From an uncultured Chloroflexia bacterium (GTDB lineage: Bacteria > Chloroflexota > Limnocylindria > Limnocylindrales > CSP1-4): 64,000 nucleotides of DNA. A program made the translations under genes and the position numbers. Shown piece by piece: positions 61,314 to 64,000 of this stretch (position 1 is its first letter; the number at the start of each line of letters is the position of its first letter). The notes beneath the pieces were generated by a model that worked only from the letters and a program-made list of their open reading frames with translations, was not told where the DNA came from and searched no databases. The stretch is from the NCBI GenBank assembly GCA_963833225.1, contig CAWHXD010000007.1, positions 32,001 to 96,000 of the forward strand. Direction: 5' to 3'.

Positions 61314-62114
61314 CTACCCTGTCTGGTCCGCCCGCTGCCACCACCGCACCGTCGCCGCGAGGCCGAGGAGCGCGGTGACCACGACGATCGCGACGCCGCC
61401 GGCGGTCACGGCCTCGGCATCGGGGCCGCCCGCGCCCGACACGATGGCGGGGACTGACCACGGGAACCACGCACCCCAGCCGAGGACCGCGAGGATCTGG
61501 GCGAGGAAGACCGCGAACACGGCCCAGGCGAGGCCCGGGAGATACCCGCGACCGAGGCCCGCGAAGAAGGCGGTGTACGACTGCAAGGCGATCGTCAGGA
61601 CCGCGGCTGCGGCAGCTCCCGCCAGGCCGCGCAGCACGATCTCGCCTGACCATCCGGGCAGGCCGACCGACGCGTCGATGGCGAACCCGATCGCGAGCGC
61701 GAGGATGAGCACCCAGCCCACGATCGCGAGGGACCAGATCGATCCCACGGCGATCTTGGCGAGAACGATCGCCGAGCGCGAGGTGGGGCAGGCGACAAGA
61801 TCCCGCACCGTTCGGTCCGCGAACTCCCGTCCGAAGAGCCAGGCAAAGAGGAACGCGAACAGGATCGCGCCCCCGATCGCGACGGCCTGGGAGATGAGCG
61901 CCACGAATGTCGGCCAGTCGGCCGTCCCCGCGGCCAGCTGCGCCTTGGCGCCCAGCAGGCCAAGCTGACGCGCCCGGTCGGGGTCCTTGAGGATGAGCAT
62001 GAACAGGCCGCCGACCACCGGGGCCAGGGAGAAGCCGGCGGCGATCGTCCAGGGCACCCTCGATCGGCGTGCCTTGAGCAGCTCCACGGCCAGGGCGCCT
62101 CCGAATCCGTTCAT
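61314..62114 (-). CDS. ABC permease (lantibiotic/bacitracin-resistance type)
   Basis: ELLKARRS; FGREFADRT; WFPW. Confidence 0.85.
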   Translation of the reverse strand: MNGFGGALAVELLKARRSRVPWTIAAGFSLAPVVGGLFMLILKDPDRARQLGLLGAKAQLAAGTADWPTFVALISQAVAIGGAILFAFLFAWLFGREFADRTVRDLVACPTSRSAIVLAKIAVGSIWSLAIVGWVLILALAIGFAIDASVGLPGWSGEIVLRGLAGAAAAAVLTIALQSYTAFFAGLGRGYLPGLAWAVFAVFLAQILAVLGWGAWFPWSVPAIVSGAGGPDAEAVTAGGVAIVVVTALLGLAATVRWWQRADQTG

Positions 62115-63085
62115 GCGGCGGCCCCGGCCCGGTCATGCGGGCGGCTCGGCTCGGGCGCAGCACCCGGCTGGGCGGTGAGCCGCATGAAGTGGTCCTCGAG
62201 CGTCTCGCGCCCGAGCGCGAGATGCGTTGGCGGCGAACCGGCCTCGACCAGGATCCTGGCGATCTCGTCCGGCGCGGCGATGGCCCGTGGCTCGCGGAGC
62301 TCGAGGAAGGCTCCGTCGGGGCGTCGTCGCTCAGGGAGGAAGCCCGCCTTCCGCAGCGCGGCCTCGCCGGCGGCAGGGTCGCGCACGCCGATCTCGAGCC
62401 GTACGTCCCGGTGCCGCTCGAGCGCCTCGCTGTCGAGCTCCTCGATGAGCCGTCCGCGATGGATGATGCCGATGCGCGTGGCGAGGCGATCGACCTCGGC
62501 GAGGATATGGCTCGAGATGAACACCGTCATGCCGCGTCGCTGCGTGAGCTCGTGGAGGAGGCCCCGGACCTCGACGACGCCGGCCGGATCGAGCCCGTTC
62601 GCGGGCTCGTCGAGGATGAGCAGCTCGGGCTCGTGGAGGAGCGCGCGGGCAAGGGACAGTCGCTGCAGGTTGCCGAGCGACAGGGTCCCGGCCCGGCGGT
62701 CGGCGTACTCGTCGAGCCTGAGCTGCTCGATCAGGCGCTGGATCGATGCCCGATCCTCCACGCCCTGCAGGCGCCGGGCGACCTCGAGGTTCTCGCGGAC
62801 GGTCAGCTCCGGATACGCGGTGGCGCTCTCGACGAGGTGGCCGACGCGACGCCACACGGCCGGAGCCTCGGCACGCACCTGTTCCCCGAACAGCTCGGCG
62901 TGGCCGGCCGTCGGCGCGATCATCCCGAGCAGCATCCGGATGGTGGTCGATTTGCCCGCTCCGTTCGGGCCGAGGAACCCGTAGATCTCTCCTCGGGCGA
63001 CCCGCAGGTCCACGCCGTCGACGGCCAGGACGTCGCCACGGAAGCGCTTCGTGAGCGCATGGGTCGCGACCGCTAGCTCGCTCAT
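62111..63085 (-). CDS. ABC ATP-binding protein (BcrA-like)
   Basis: GPNGAGKST; LSLGN; LDEPANGLDP. Confidence 0.92.
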   Translation of the reverse strand: MSELAVATHALTKRFRGDVLAVDGVDLRVARGEIYGFLGPNGAGKSTTIRMLLGMIAPTAGHAELFGEQVRAEAPAVWRRVGHLVESATAYPELTVRENLEVARRLQGVEDRASIQRLIEQLRLDEYADRRAGTLSLGNLQRLSLARALLHEPELLILDEPANGLDPAGVVEVRGLLHELTQRRGMTVFISSHILAEVDRLATRIGIIHRGRLIEELDSEALERHRDVRLEIGVRDPAAGEAALRKAGFLPERRRPDGAFLELREPRAIAAPDEIARILVEAGSPPTHLALGRETLEDHFMRLTAQPGAAPEPSRPHDRAGAAA

Positions 63086-63696
63086 CGGGATCCATCTCCT
63101 CGATACCCGAGCCCGCGGAGGATGAACGCGTTGAGCTCGGAGGTGACCTCCTTGACGCCGGTCTCATGACCGACCAGGTCGTGGAGCGACGTGAACGTCG
63201 CGAGGACGAAGCCCGCGGCCAGGTGTGCGTCCTGGTGGGCGAACTGCCCCTCGGCGATGCCGTCAGCGACGATCGACTCGACCGTGGCGATCACCCGGAC
63301 GAGGATCCGTTCCGTGAGCCGGTCGTGGATCGCGCGGTTCTCGGGCCGATGGTAGACGTCGATGAGCTCGCGCTCGTTCGGGTCGGTGCCGACCTGGCCG
63401 ACGGATTGCCCGAGGGCGAGCAGGCGCTCAACGGGGGACAGATCCGGCGTGGCGGCGGCCGTCTCGAAGACCCCGACGACGCCATCAACGACGCGCTCGG
63501 CGACCGCATCGACCACGTCGTCCTTGCTCTTGAAGTACAGGTAGAAGGTGCCCTTCGCGACGCCTGCCGCCTCGACGATGTCGTCCACCGACGAGGCGGC
63601 GACGCCCTTGGCCATGAATACGCCGAGGGCCGCGTCCACGAGGGCTCCGGCGCGAGACTCACGGCGCTCAGCCGACCTTGCTGAAGTGGTAGCCAC
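63082..63696 (-). CDS. TetR family regulator
   Basis: VDDIVEAAGVAKGTFYLYFKSK. Confidence 0.92.
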   Translation of the reverse strand: MATTSARSAERRESRAGALVDAALGVFMAKGVAASSVDDIVEAAGVAKGTFYLYFKSKDDVVDAVAERVVDGVVGVFETAAATPDLSPVERLLALGQSVGQVGTDPNERELIDVYHRPENRAIHDRLTERILVRVIATVESIVADGIAEGQFAHQDAHLAAGFVLATFTSLHDLVGHETGVKEVTSELNAFILRGLGYRGDGSR

Positions 63697-63709
63697 TCAA
63701 CACCTTAGG

Positions 63710-63730
63710 TATGACTGACGGTCAGTCATA
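63710..63730. promoter_or_regulatory. TetR operator palindrome
   Basis: TATGACTGAC-G-GTCAGTCATA. Confidence 0.8.
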
Positions 63731-63770
63731 TTACCACGGAGACTCGGTTCCAGGGATCGGCGGCCCAGGA

Positions 63771-64000
63771 TCAGGCGGCGGGCTCGACCGAGCGTCCGGG
63801 GCCGTTGGTGTTGTTCGCGAGCAGGACCACCGCGCCGCAGATGAGGGACATGAGCGCGAGGATCGCGATGCCGTAGGCGGCCACGCTTCCGTAGCCGCCG
63901 TTGGCAGGGTTGATGAACGGATACGGATACCAGTCGACGAGCGCGCCACGGACCAGCGTGTAGACAATCCACACGGCGGGATAGCTCAACCAGAGCAGAC
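63771..64000 (-). CDS. Pr6Pr-like membrane protein, C-terminal part
   Basis: WLSYP..WIVYTLVRG..WYPYPFINP. Confidence 0.7.
   Translation of the reverse strand, partial: LLWLSYPAVWIVYTLVRGALVDWYPYPFINPANGGYGSVAAYGIAILALMSLICGAVVLLANNTNGPGRSVEPAA

Overview
High-GC bacterial DNA (style suggests Chloroflexota or Actinomycetota; this is an inference). The left half (about 1-30 kb) is an accessory region cut into 1-6 kb modules by 12 clear and 2-3 degenerate same-orientation copies of the 16-bp core CCTCTCGCCCCGACCA, which matches the 3' end of a tRNA-Pro. The core lies inside the 3' end of a large serine recombinase (LSR) gene; four decayed LSR pieces are present and none is intact. The modules carry at least six toxin-antitoxin pairs, a Fic protein, an AAA/DUF4143 ATPase, chromate and ZIP transporters, small regulators and many gene fragments. 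The best reading is an integron-like tandem cassette array built by a tRNA-targeting serine recombinase, in which each module's end encodes a swappable, often Ala-terminated C-terminal tail for the recombinase. The region also holds an IS110 with a readable bridge-RNA layout, an IS1182/IS5-like element with 38-bp inverted repeats, and a partial ISKra4-like transposase. The right half (30-64 kb) is ordinary accessory/housekeeping content: TetR-nitroreductase, ECF sigma, ABC and MFS transporters, diguanylate cyclase, MalT-like regulator, amtB plus P-II. Many genes at 36-56 kb are frameshifted, possibly from sequencing indels. No rRNA, complete tRNA or CRISPR array was found.
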